From positions 141,224 to 205,223 of the forward strand of contig JARLIA010000005.1 of assembly GCA_031291955.1 (NCBI GenBank): DNA of 64,000 nucleotides, read 5' to 3'. A model generated the notes under the pieces. It did no database searches and was not told the origin of the DNA. It worked only from the letters and a program-made list of their open reading frames with translations. Positions within the stretch are counted from its first letter, which is position 1; the number at the start of each line of letters is the position of its first letter. This document shows positions 9,825 through 19,355 of the stretch, piece after piece. The position numbers and the translations under genes are program-made. This DNA comes from Minisyncoccota bacterium. Lineage in GTDB: Bacteria > Patescibacteriota > Minisyncoccia > Moranbacterales > UBA2206.

Positions 9825-11509
9825 ATGAAAAAAATTTTCCAAAAAATTCCGCGAAGCGCGCTTATCCTAACCGTCATTGTTTTGGTGGGCGTTTTTTTGC
9901 GCGCTTACAATTTTCATGCTTGGTTGGACTTTGAAAACGACCAGGTTCGGGATGCTAATCTGGTCAGAAGCGTTCTTCAGGGAAAAGCTCTTTGGCCGCT
10001 TCTTGGGCCGGATATGACCGGCTCGGGGCGGTCACATAACAGCGGATTATTCTATGTTGGACCGGCTTACTATTATTTTGAGATCATTAGCGCCAAAATA
10101 TTCGGTGCGAGTCCGGCCGCCGAGGCTTATCCAAATCTGCTTTTTGCCATTCTGTCCATTCCTCTTTTCTATCTTTTTTTAAGCGCTGCTTCGGCGCCAA
10201 TCTGACTTTGGCATTGACCGGGCTTTACGCCATTTCCTATTATGCCATTCTTTATGCCCGTTTCTCCTGGAACTCCAACCCGATTCCGTTTTTCACGCTT
10301 CTATTTTTACTCTCGCTTCATGAATTTCTCGTCAAGAAAGAAAAAACGCATTGGGGCTGGGCGGTCATCCTAGGAATTGCCATTAGGATCGGTTTCCAAC
10401 TCCACCTAATTCTCATGGCGCTTTTTCCGGCGACGGCTTTCTTCGTTTTTCTGTTTCTATTTTTCCAGAATAAAAATATTTGGAAATCGCTGGCGCTGGC
10501 GGTTTTGATTGCTATTGTTCTCAATGCACCACAGATAATCCATGAGGTTCGATATGATTATTCCAATACTCATACTTTTATCAAAGACATGACCGGCAGC
10601 AATCGGATTGATAATTCCAAAAAGGTCGATCTGTCGACCAATCTGGAAAGATCGCTGGATTGTCATGCTGAAGCCAACGCCTTCATGGTGTCTTCGGCTG
10701 GAGACAATGTGTGCGGCTTTTCTTACGTTGGTTTGTTTCACAGTCGTAATCCCGCATATATTAATCTGCTTACCGGAAGCGATCCTTCTATTTTTTTGGC
10801 GCAACTGCGTACTGCGAATTTTTGGATAATTTTGATCGGCGGATTGTTTTTTTCCATTCTTGGCTATGGATTATTTACTCGCCGATGCTTCAAAGAACAG
10901 GATGAAGGAAAGAAATGTTTTTTGTATTTAATCGCTCTCTATCTGATTCTTTCCTTTTTCATTATGACTTCGGTCATTGGCGGCGGGTTCACGGAGTTTC
11001 GCTACTTTATTCATACTTTTTTCGTTCCTTTTTTATTTTTGGGTCTCATCGCTGAATATCTCATAGGGATAAAAAAGTTCCGCCCTGTCTGGATAATTGT
11101 CTGCGTTTTGCTTTTTCTCGGAGTAGCGGTCTTTAACGTGAAAGCTATTGCTTCCCGTTATGAAGCATTGGCGGCCAAAGACGGTAGCAATGAACATTTT
11201 GTGATTCTGGGAGAGGTTGAACCGATGGTTTCTTATCTGATTAATAATTCAGCCGGAAGTAAGGAAGTTCAGTTGGACGGTAATCCGCGCTATCTATCAA
11301 ATTTCTTCAATGCCTTAAATTATCTGGCCGGCAATCAAAACTTCAAACTTATCCGCGTTACCCATCCGAATAAAATTACGGCTGGAAAAACACTTTTTTA
11401 CATCACCATAAACGGGAATAATCCTCTCGATATGAAAGAGGATGGACACAAGATTGGAAGCCGCCGGGATTTCGGACAAGTGACGATCTATCAGCTGGTT
11501 AATCCGTAA
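9825..11509 (+). pseudogene. GT-C fold membrane glycosyltransferase (GT39/ArnT-like) interrupted by a -1 frameshift in a T7 homopolymer
   Basis: ORFs 9825..10205 and 10208..11509 together are collinear with the intact paralog at 16266..17582. Frame 0 matches through LFYLFL, and frame +2 resumes at KRCFGANLTLALTGLYAISYY, which aligns with the paralog's RKYFSQTASLLATAVYAFSY. The switch point is the T-run at 10174-10180; one extra T would restore a single ORF. Confidence 0.6.
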
Positions 11510-11544
11510 TTTTTCAAATTAAAATATTTTCAAAAACAAAAACG

Positions 11545-11572
11545 CGCGGGAATCCGCGCGTTTTAAAATTAT
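11545..11572. terminator. Bidirectional intrinsic terminator
   Basis: AAAACGCGCGG-GAAT-CCGCGCGTTTT perfect hairpin between convergent genes. Confidence 0.65.
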
Positions 11573-11586
11573 ATCGTGTGTAATTC

Positions 11587-12528
11587 TTAGATCTTCTTCT
11601 TCCGGATAACGTACATCGGGCGGCCGATAACTTCTTTTTGGATGTTGGCGATGTAAAAGGAGATGAAGCCCAGTGAAATCAGGATGATGCCGACCAAAAA
11701 GACAGTAAAGACGGCGAGATCCACCACGTTGGAAGAGATGTAGGCGAAATACCAGTGGAAAATATATTTGCCGAGCAGAATGTAAACACCCAAAATGCCT
11801 GAGAGGAGCGTGATGACGGCGCCGAAATAGCCCGCCAGTTTCAGCGGTACCATGCTGAGAGAAATGAAACCATTGAAAGCCAGCTGGGTCAGTTTCCAGA
11901 GGGAATAGCTAGCTTCGCCGTTTAGCCTCTCGTTGGCGTCGAAATAGATGTAGGCGCGCCGAAAACCGAGCCAGTCGATAAGCGCCCGGGTCATACGGTT
12001 GCTTTCGGTGAAACGGTTGAATTCATTGATAACGGCCCGGTCGATGAGGCGGAAATCAGTGGCGCCGGGAATGACTTTCACTTCCGAGATTTTGTTCAGG
12101 ATAGCGTAGAAAGCCTTGGCGCCGAGAGTTTTCAAACCATGTCCGGCGTTGTTTTTCCGGACGCCCACTACCACTTCATATCCTTCTTTCCACTTCTCAA
12201 TGAATTGCGGAATAAGCTCGGCCGGATGCTGGAGATCGGCGTCGATCATCAGGCAGGCGTCGCCGGCGCAATTATTAATTCCGGCCGTGGTGGCGATTTC
12301 TTTGCCGAAGTTGCGGGAAAAATCGATGAATTTGATTTCCGGGTGGATGGCGGCCAGTTTTTCAATTTCTTCTTCTGTTTTGTCCCGGCTGCCGTCATTG
12401 ACAAAAACCAGCTCGAAAGCGTATTTGTTTTTGAGCGGCCCGAAGACGGTCTCTTCAAGTTTTTCATAAAGTGGTGTGATGTTTTTTTCTTCGTTGTAGG
12501 CCGGAACGATAAGAGAAATGGTTTTCAA
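11587..12528 (-). CDS. GT2 family polyprenyl-phosphate glycosyltransferase (DPM1/ArnC/GtrB-like)
   Basis: SLIVPAYNEEKNI and VFVNDGSRDKT motifs, DxD LMIDADLQHP, and C-terminal TM helices typical of lipid-phosphate sugar transferases. Confidence 0.8.
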   Translation of the reverse strand: MKTISLIVPAYNEEKNITPLYEKLEETVFGPLKNKYAFELVFVNDGSRDKTEEEIEKLAAIHPEIKFIDFSRNFGKEIATTAGINNCAGDACLMIDADLQHPAELIPQFIEKWKEGYEVVVGVRKNNAGHGLKTLGAKAFYAILNKISEVKVIPGATDFRLIDRAVINEFNRFTESNRMTRALIDWLGFRRAYIYFDANERLNGEASYSLWKLTQLAFNGFISLSMVPLKLAGYFGAVITLLSGILGVYILLGKYIFHWYFAYISSNVVDLAVFTVFLVGIILISLGFISFYIANIQKEVIGRPMYVIRKKKI

Positions 12529-12612
12529 GAGGATAAGTTTAAGGATTAAGTTTTATTGAATATATTATAATCTCTGATTGGAATAATGCAAAATGAAACA
12601 CGAATTACGGAT

Positions 12613-13398
12613 TTATTCTTCTTTTAGACTTTCGACTTTCACCGGCTGGAATTCCAAGGTGTTTTCTGGCGAAAGGAGGGGCGTTTCAAACGGTTCGGTT
12701 TTTTCTTTTGATTCGGTGAGGTCAAAAAATTCCAAAGTTTTTTCGATGATGAGCGGACTGTAATTGATGACATGGTTGCCGTTGTCGAAATACAGAATTT
12801 CTTTTTTAGAGCTCGAAAGTTTGGGCAGATATTCTTCCAAAGCTCGCCAGTCCGTTACCTTGTCTTTTTTGCTGTGAAGAAAAAGGGCTGGCGTTTCGAC
12901 GCTCCCCAGATTTTCCAAAAAGCGGTTTCGCATATAGCGAACCGACATCTGGGCCGCTCCGAGCGGACTCAGACGCAAGCGGTCGCGCTTTTGCAGATGT
13001 TTCCAGGCGGGATAAATCAAGGGGATGATGACTCTTTGTGCGGCGACCATCAGCTTGAGATTCCTGAGACGGAAGGGCGTGCCTACGCTGGCGATGCCGG
13101 CCAGATTCTTGTTGTTTTTAGCGTGTTCCAAAAGGAGGGCGCCGCCCAGGCTGATGCCGATGCCGAAAACCGTCTCGTTTTTTTCGGAAACTTGGTCGAT
13201 GACTTTGGCTAAATTCCGGATGCACTCATCTTCGGTGAGGCTAGCAAATTCAGTGCGCAGTTTGGGGCCGTAAAAACTAACGGCGGTGACACCGTAACCT
13301 TTTTCACGCAGGATGTCGCGCAACCAAAAAGTTTCTTCGCTATCCGAGGAAAACCCGGCCACCAGAATGAAATGAATTTTTGATTTATCTTTAGTCAT
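12613..13398 (-). CDS. Alpha/beta hydrolase fold esterase
   Basis: GxSxG nucleophile elbow GISLGG; overall size and order fit a catalytic triad. Family not resolved. Confidence 0.5.
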   Translation of the reverse strand: MTKDKSKIHFILVAGFSSDSEETFWLRDILREKGYGVTAVSFYGPKLRTEFASLTEDECIRNLAKVIDQVSEKNETVFGIGISLGGALLLEHAKNNKNLAGIASVGTPFRLRNLKLMVAAQRVIIPLIYPAWKHLQKRDRLRLSPLGAAQMSVRYMRNRFLENLGSVETPALFLHSKKDKVTDWRALEEYLPKLSSSKKEILYFDNGNHVINYSPLIIEKTLEFFDLTESKEKTEPFETPLLSPENTLEFQPVKVESLKEE

Positions 13399-13417
13399 GG
13401 AGATTTCTTAGGGATAG

Positions 13418-14089
13418 TTATGGAGTTGAAATAAGAAACTGGTAGTCTTGGGGGAATATTTTTTTGGCGATTTCAAAAATGGTGTAGGTGATGAAGAAAG
13501 CGGAAAAGACATCGATGGAATAATGGAGATGGCCCAAGATCACGGCCGAGCCAAAGATAACAGTACCGACCAAGGCTGTCCAACGGATTGGTTTGTCATT
13601 CCAGAAAATGAGCGCCAGGAGAAATGGCATGCCAGTGTGGCCGGAAAAAAACAAGTCTTGTCCGCCGGCGATACTGGACAGCCAGTCATTCGGGTTCAGA
13701 TAAGAATGGCTTGGCGGCACTCCGAGGTGAGTCAGGGTGATGAATATCGATCGAATCAAAACAAAAAGAGCCAAGCTTTTAAGAACGAACGGTAGACGCT
13801 GGGGTTTTGCCAGAATAAAAAAAGCTATGATATATATGAACAGGCATAGGACTTCGTTGACAATGAAGTTCACATTGAAGACCGGAATATTGTCCAACAG
13901 GATGTCAGTGACGTAGTTGCTGGCGTGATGGTCGGCATAGAGAGCGGCGAAATTGTCGATAGCCAGACTGGTCAGAAAGAAAAATGCTCCTAAAATTACC
14001 GCTAGCACGAACTTTTTATCGCTGAAATAGTGTCGATAGTCGGCGCAGATTTCCCTAAGACGTTTCCGGGTTAGAATATATTTTTCCAT
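13418..14089 (-). CDS. PAP2-superfamily integral membrane protein
   Basis: Multiple TM helices, PSGH-like FFSGHTG, and a HYSIDV histidine/aspartate motif. Confidence 0.45.
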   Translation of the reverse strand: MEKYILTRKRLREICADYRHYFSDKKFVLAVILGAFFFLTSLAIDNFAALYADHHASNYVTDILLDNIPVFNVNFIVNEVLCLFIYIIAFFILAKPQRLPFVLKSLALFVLIRSIFITLTHLGVPPSHSYLNPNDWLSSIAGGQDLFFSGHTGMPFLLALIFWNDKPIRWTALVGTVIFGSAVILGHLHYSIDVFSAFFITYTIFEIAKKIFPQDYQFLISTP

Positions 14090-14215
14090 AATGGAATATG
14101 GGCTGGAAATAAAACACCGCTATCGTAGCGGCCAGAATCGGTCAAATGCTGTGATATGCTGGTATTATAAGGCTTTGGCGCGTTTTTGGCAAGGGTGGAA
14201 CTTGCTTAAACTCCA

Positions 14216-15097
14216 ATGAAGTTTTATGATTGGTTTATGATTACATATTCTCAAGCGCTCATCATGGGCCTGCTCCAGGGAGTGACGGAACTCTTTCCTA
14301 TTTCCAGTCTGGGGCACACTGTTATCCTGCCGGGGCTTTTGGGCTGGAAAATCCAGCAAAGCAATCCGCTGTTTTTGAATTTTCTGGTCGCCACCCATTT
14401 TGCCACGGCGACCGTTTTGTTTTTGTTTTTTTGGCGCGACTGGTTGAATATTATAAAAGGAATTTTTCGTTCATTGGCTTCCCGAACGATCGCGACAGGG
14501 GACAACTACGCCCGCTTGGGCTGGCTTCTGGTGGTCGGCACTATTCCAGCTGGTCTTATTGGACTGCTATTGGAAAAAAAATTGAGTTTGCTTTTCGCTT
14601 CGCCTTTTCTGGCGGCTGTTTTTCTGGCGGCTAACGGTCTGCTTCTTTTTGTTGCCGAGATTTTGAGAAAAAAGGCGCCGGAAAACAATGATGCTAATAA
14701 TTCTGATCAGCGAGTGGCGAGACTTACTTGGGCACAGTCGCTGAAAATCGGCACCGCCCAGATTATTGCCCTCATTCCCGGTTTTTCCCGTTCCGGCGCC
14801 ACGATGGCCGGTGGACTGATCTTCGGTCTTTCTCATGAAGACGCCATGCGCTTCAGTTTTCTTTTGGCCACTCCGATCATCGGGGCGGCAGCCGTCTTGA
14901 AACTGCCAGCGCTTTTCAAAGTGGAAAATCATGCCATTCTCGGTCCGGCATTCTTGGGGGCGCTGGCGGCGGCGCTCACCGCCTATTTGTCCATCAAATT
15001 TTTGCTCCGGTATTTCCAAACTAACAAACTAACTCCCTTTGCCGTATATTGTCTTTTGGCCGGGGTTGTTTCTTTTCTGGTTTTGTATTTCAAATAA
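14216..15097 (+). CDS. uppP: Undecaprenyl-diphosphate phosphatase UppP/BacA
   Basis: Signature LLQGVTELFPISSLGHTV and the second conserved region PGFSRSGATMAGGL. Eight TM helices. Confidence 0.9.
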   Translation: MKFYDWFMITYSQALIMGLLQGVTELFPISSLGHTVILPGLLGWKIQQSNPLFLNFLVATHFATATVLFLFFWRDWLNIIKGIFRSLASRTIATGDNYARLGWLLVVGTIPAGLIGLLLEKKLSLLFASPFLAAVFLAANGLLLFVAEILRKKAPENNDANNSDQRVARLTWAQSLKIGTAQIIALIPGFSRSGATMAGGLIFGLSHEDAMRFSFLLATPIIGAAAVLKLPALFKVENHAILGPAFLGALAAALTAYLSIKFLLRYFQTNKLTPFAVYCLLAGVVSFLVLYFK

Positions 15098-15113
15098 ATC
15101 AGCGGGACAAGCA

Positions 15114-16203
15114 TATGCGTTTTTCGATGGAGACAATTAAATATCAACCGGAAATGCAAAAGGAGGATATATCCAAAAGAGTTACAGAAAATTCTAAAAA
15201 ACTTGACGCAGAAATAAGGCAAAATCCTCGTTATTCAGAAGAGGAAATAAAAAAATCTTGGAAAGAAGAAGAATGGCAGATTGGCGACATGACCATAAAA
15301 GCCATCGGCGTTTGCCATGTCCCGGAGACATTTTTGGAATTCAGGACTCAGATTGAGGAAGCTATTAAGGAGAGTGATTTGGTGGTCAATGAATTTTCGC
15401 CTGAAGCATTGGGATTTTATGACAGGCCTCAAACAGATAAATTGAAGGGCATTGAGTCACGTTTTAACAAAGATTATAATTTGGAGCAGTTGAGGCAGAC
15501 TTATATTCAGCATGAGCGAGAATCTGGAGCTGGAATTTTCCACCATGAAGTGGAACTTTTAGCAGCCAAATATGGAAAGGATTTGGCTTGCGTGGATCCA
15601 ACCGGCGCCGAGTCCCCGGAGCAGGCGTTACAAAGTTTTTATATCTATCAAAAGTGGGCCGAGCAAGGAGCCGAAGAGAGGAAATTTTTGGAGCAATTGG
15701 GATTGCTTGGGGTTGCCGCTGCATTGGGGGCGGCTGGAGCTGAAACTAAGATAAATAAATCCATGACGCGTCGATCATTTCTAAAAAAGGCAGCGCTTTT
15801 TGGCGCTGCCGCGACAGTGGCTGCTGTTACTCCCAAAATAACCAAGGTTTCATTGACTCCGAAAGAGAAATTATATTCTAATGATAGCGCGATGGATAAA
15901 AACGAGGATTCTTTGCAGAACTTACGTAATCCTTGGATAGCTGAGTCATTGAGAAGATTAAGCCAGATGGGATACAAAAAAGTCGCTTTTATATACGGAG
16001 TAGGACATTTAAAGTGGATTAAAAAGTTTCTAGATGACCAATGGCTTTGCGAAGAAGTCCTCCGGGAGAGTGAGGGTCTTATTGATAAAAATAAATTGAA
16101 TTCTTACGCTTTTCAGATTTTTCATCTTTCCCCCGGTCAAAATAATTCGGAAAAATTTGTTGCTTCCGAAAAGATGGTCTGGAAGAGACTGGAAGAAAAT
16201 TGA
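15114..16203 (+). CDS. TraB/GumN-like family protein with a central hydrophobic/Tat-like segment
   Basis: IKAIGVCHVPETF...VVNEFSPE (GTAHVS-like) N-terminal region and a C-terminal VAFIYGVGHLKWI region resemble the TraB/GumN family. Start chosen at ATG 15114 (MRFSMETIKYQ); the six-frame ORF extends upstream to 15049 and overlaps uppP. Confidence 0.35.
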
Positions 16204-16265
16204 GTAGAAATTGAAGTAAGATTACAAAGAGAAACAAGTTCTTTTTTCTTGCGTATACTTTAAGC

Positions 16266-17582
16266 ATGGTGACATTCCCAACTGAAAATATAAAATCAAA
16301 CTTCCGAAAAAATAAAAAAGTCTGGCCGGCTCTTTTTTTGATTATCCTAGCCGGGATTTTTTTGCGCACCTATGATTTCCGAAAATACCTGACTTTTTCG
16401 CGCGACCAGTTCCGGGATCTGAAAATTGTCCAAGGGATAGTGGAACACAACGCCCCTTGGCCGCTTCTGGGACCGAATATGACCGGCGGACAGGGTTTCC
16501 AGCTGGGCCCGGCTTATTATTGGTTCCAGATCATAAGCGCCAAAATTTTCGGGGTCAATCGGACGCATCAGGCCTATCCGGATGTTTTCTTTTCCATCTT
16601 ATCCATCCCACTCCTGTATTATTTCTTGCGGAAATATTTCAGCCAAACAGCCTCACTCCTGGCTACGGCCGTTTATGCTTTTTCATATTTTGACATCGAA
16701 TATTCACGTTTTGCTTGGAACGTCAACTTGATTCCGTTTTTTGTCCTGATTTTTCTGGTGTCTTTCGGGGAATTCCTGACGGAGAACGAAAAGACTGGCT
16801 GGAGGTGGATTGTTCTGGCTGGATTCGCGCTTGGCATTGGCGTGCAACTTCACGCCATCATTATGCTGCTCTTGCCGGCGGTCGTGTTGGTCGGCTCCGC
16901 CATTCTTTTTTGGACGGATAAGAAAATCGCCTGGAAAAAAATGTCGGTTATACTCCTTATCGCCTTGGCTCTCAACATCACTCAGCCGATCAGTGAACTG
17001 CAAACAAAATTTGCCAACACCAAGGATTTTCAAAAAGCCTTCCTGACGCAATCGACCGAGACGGATCCCGTAAAAGAGTTCATTCTGGACGTGACTTGCA
17101 ACGCCGAAGCCAACACGCACGCCATTTCTTCTTTGGGCGACGAGAAGATGTGCGATTTTCTCTACGCGGACGACTCAAGAGACTCTTCTTATTCTACGCC
17201 ACTGACCCTGGATAAGAATCCGCTGGAACTGACGGGGGAAATAGTCAGTTTGCTGTTTTCGTTTCTGGGGATAGGATTTTTGATTGTTCATTTCGGGAAG
17301 GAGACGGATCGGAGGAGAAAATATTTTCTCGGATTAATAATGTTATATAGCTCCCTTTATTTTCTCATCATGCTGTCGGTGGCTCCCGGTTCCCGGATGC
17401 GTTATTATTTGCCGATCATTTTTTTGTCTTTTGTTTTTCTGGCTTTTATCTTTGATTACTTGATCCGGAAATATCCGCGCCGCTACGTCTTAGCGGTTTC
17501 GGTAATTTTTCTTTTTCTGATCGGCGTTAATCTGGAAACTATTTTCTCCAGATGGCCGCATCTCTGGCAATTGATACGTTGA
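16266..17582 (+). CDS. GT-C fold membrane glycosyltransferase (GT39/ArnT-like), intact paralog
   Basis: About 12 predicted TM helices. First-loop acidic motif FSRDQFRD. Around 45% identical to the frameshifted copy at 9825..11509. Confidence 0.6.
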   Translation: MVTFPTENIKSNFRKNKKVWPALFLIILAGIFLRTYDFRKYLTFSRDQFRDLKIVQGIVEHNAPWPLLGPNMTGGQGFQLGPAYYWFQIISAKIFGVNRTHQAYPDVFFSILSIPLLYYFLRKYFSQTASLLATAVYAFSYFDIEYSRFAWNVNLIPFFVLIFLVSFGEFLTENEKTGWRWIVLAGFALGIGVQLHAIIMLLLPAVVLVGSAILFWTDKKIAWKKMSVILLIALALNITQPISELQTKFANTKDFQKAFLTQSTETDPVKEFILDVTCNAEANTHAISSLGDEKMCDFLYADDSRDSSYSTPLTLDKNPLELTGEIVSLLFSFLGIGFLIVHFGKETDRRRKYFLGLIMLYSSLYFLIMLSVAPGSRMRYYLPIIFLSFVFLAFIFDYLIRKYPRRYVLAVSVIFLFLIGVNLETIFSRWPHLWQLIR

Positions 17583-17627
17583 GGGGATAGTTAGAGCAAT
17601 GTGTGTAAATGGCAATTAAAAAAACAC

Positions 17628-17861
17628 TCAAAAGTGTTTCTTCGTAAATGCCCGGCCGGAACCAGATTTTAGATATTTCTCGAATTCAAAAGCTTTATAC
17701 TTATCTTCAAACGCAATGTAATTTACCAAAGTTATTGGCAATCTTGGTTTTGTTGCTGGTACATACCCATTAGCATGCCGCTTTATCCTTTCTCTTAAAT
17801 CACTGGTGCAGCCAGTATATAGCTTTCCATCGTTACATTTTAATATGTAAACGTAATACAT
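17628..17861 (-). CDS. GIY-YIG nuclease family protein (UPF0213-like)
   Basis: MYYVYILKCNDGKLYTGCTSDLRERIKRHANG is a canonical GIY-YIG motif arrangement. 77 aa. Confidence 0.8.
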   Translation of the reverse strand: MYYVYILKCNDGKLYTGCTSDLRERIKRHANGYVPATKPRLPITLVNYIAFEDKYKAFEFEKYLKSGSGRAFTKKHF

Positions 17862-17932
17862 ACGCGGGAATCCCGCCTTCGCAGGCTACTTAGCGGACTT
17901 TGTCCGCCGTAGCCCGCTACTGCGGGCGAAGG

Positions 17933-18019
17933 CGGAGAGACAGGGATTCGAACCCTGGAAGGGATTTCTCCCTTAGCACATTAGCAGTGTGCTGCTTTCA
18001 GCCACTCAGCCATCTCTCC
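17933..18019 (-). tRNA. tRNA-Ser (anticodon GCT)
   Basis: The reverse complement is GGAGAGATGGCTGAGTGGCTGAAAGCAGCACACTGCTAATGTGCTAAGGGAGAAATCCCTTCCAGGGTTCGAATCCCTGTCTCTCCG. Long variable arm. No CCA encoded. Confidence 0.8.
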
Positions 18020-18035
18020 AAAATATTAAATTGTG

Positions 18036-18122
18036 CGGAAGCGGAGGGATTCGAACCCCCGGTGCCGTTTCCGGCACAACAGTTTTCAAGACTGTCGCCT
18101 TCAACCACTCGGCCACGCTTCC
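18036..18122 (-). tRNA. tRNA-Ser (anticodon TGA)
   Basis: The reverse complement is GGAAGCGTGGCCGAGTGGTTGAAGGCGACAGTCTTGAAAACTGTTGTGCCGGAAACGGCACCGGGGGTTCGAATCCCTCCGCTTCCG. Long variable arm. A TTTACA-N17-TATGAT promoter-like sequence lies just upstream on the minus strand. Confidence 0.8.
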
Positions 18123-18254
18123 CTCGGCTCATCAAATGTCAGCCGTTCGAGTAGTTCCTATCATACCAAGGATAAATATAATTGTAAATATATCAACCCG
18201 GATGTATAATAACAGCGTGACAAAATTCCGATCAAATTATAAAACAAAAATATT

Positions 18255-18821
18255 ATGTACGTAGAAAAACACACCAGCAACGGGCCGCTGCGACCCGGCC
18301 GACGGGAGGAATGGAAAGAGTTGGAGGCGCCACAAGAGCGGCTGATTGAGGAGCATTCTGAAGACGTGATTTTTAGCTGGCGGGCGCCCGAGTTTGAAAA
18401 ATTCGAGCGTGATCGGAAATGGTATTTTGTTGTCGCTCTCATTTTGGCCGCTATCGTATCGTATGCTATCTGGACCAATAGTCCCGTGATGGCCATTACG
18501 TTCATCCTGATCGGCGTAGTCGGCTATGTATATGTGGAAAAAGATCCGCGCGAATTGTATTTTGCCCTTGCTGAAGATGGCATTATCGCCGGGCGGGAAA
18601 TTTATGAATTCAATAATCTGGAATCATTCTGGATTTTTTACGAACCAGGCGATATCAAGGTCATTAGTCTCAAAACCAAAAGCCATCTGGTGCCGTATGT
18701 CCACATTCCGATTCATGATCAGGATCCGGTTGCTATTCGGAAGGTCCTTTTAGATTATATTCCGGAGGAAAAGCATGAACCGGGATTCATAGAGGCGATT
18801 GATCGCTTGTTGAGGCTGTAG
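18255..18821 (+). CDS. Hypothetical membrane protein (2 TM)
   Basis: Preceded by a near-consensus TTGTAA-N17-TATAAT promoter at about 18179-18211. Two TM helices. No recognisable domain. Confidence 0.4.
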   Translation: MYVEKHTSNGPLRPGRREEWKELEAPQERLIEEHSEDVIFSWRAPEFEKFERDRKWYFVVALILAAIVSYAIWTNSPVMAITFILIGVVGYVYVEKDPRELYFALAEDGIIAGREIYEFNNLESFWIFYEPGDIKVISLKTKSHLVPYVHIPIHDQDPVAIRKVLLDYIPEEKHEPGFIEAIDRLLRL

Positions 18822-18943
18822 CTTATGTAATTTAACCGTGTGGTTCGAGCGGCAAACTCGGGCTAGGTTTAATTTGGCAAATCTATTTTTTCTGTTGACT
18901 GTTGCTATAATTTATTATCCGTAATATGATTATTTGAGGCGGG

Positions 18944-19016
18944 CGGGCTGTAGTATACTGGTAGTACGCGTCCATGGGGTGGATGTAGACTGGGTTCGAT
19001 TCCCAGCAGCCCGACC
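18944..19016 (+). tRNA. tRNA-Pro (anticodon GGG), CCA encoded
   Basis: CGGGCTGTAGTATACTGGTAGTACGCGTCCATGGGGTGGATGTAGACTGGGTTCGATTCCCAGCAGCCCGACCA. Confidence 0.75.
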
Positions 19017-19021
19017 AGAAA

Positions 19022-19092
19022 CGGAGTGTGGTATAGTGGTATTACGCACGATTCGGGTTCGTGTAATCCGGGTTCGATTCCCGGCACTCCGA
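19022..19092 (+). tRNA. tRNA-Pro (anticodon CGG)
   Basis: CGGAGTGTGGTATAGTGGTATTACGCACGATTCGGGTTCGTGTAATCCGGGTTCGATTCCCGGCACTCCGA. Its 3' 25 nt are repeated at 21491-21515. Confidence 0.75.
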
Positions 19093-19355
19093 CAAATAAA
19101 GGCTTTACAGAGCTTTTTTTTGTTGGACTGTGACGATATTGTGACAAAAAATCCAAAATAAAGTGTTCAATGACAAAGTTTTTTCAAATTAAAAATGCCC
19201 ATATAAGCCCTTTTAATTTGAAACTAATCATTTACCGATCGGAATATCTTTGGTTGCCCGACCCATTCTTACAAACAAATTCTACCCAGGTCTAATAAGT
19301 TTGCAAGATATTTATACTTTGGTATAATGTAATCATAAGCATTAATACCAAGTTT

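Noticed and set aside
15763-16203. Separate Tat-exported gene starting at the internal Met (MTRRSFLKK...)
   Set aside because: It is in-frame and continuous with an upstream domain, with no stop or RBS between. It is kept as one ORF and the oddity is flagged as a finding instead.
18885-18911. Possible sigma-70 promoter TTGACT / TATAAT upstream of the tRNA-Pro pair
   Set aside because: Spacing between the two hexamers is only 5 nt. A TATAAT box at 18906-18911 exists but without a properly spaced -35, so not annotated.
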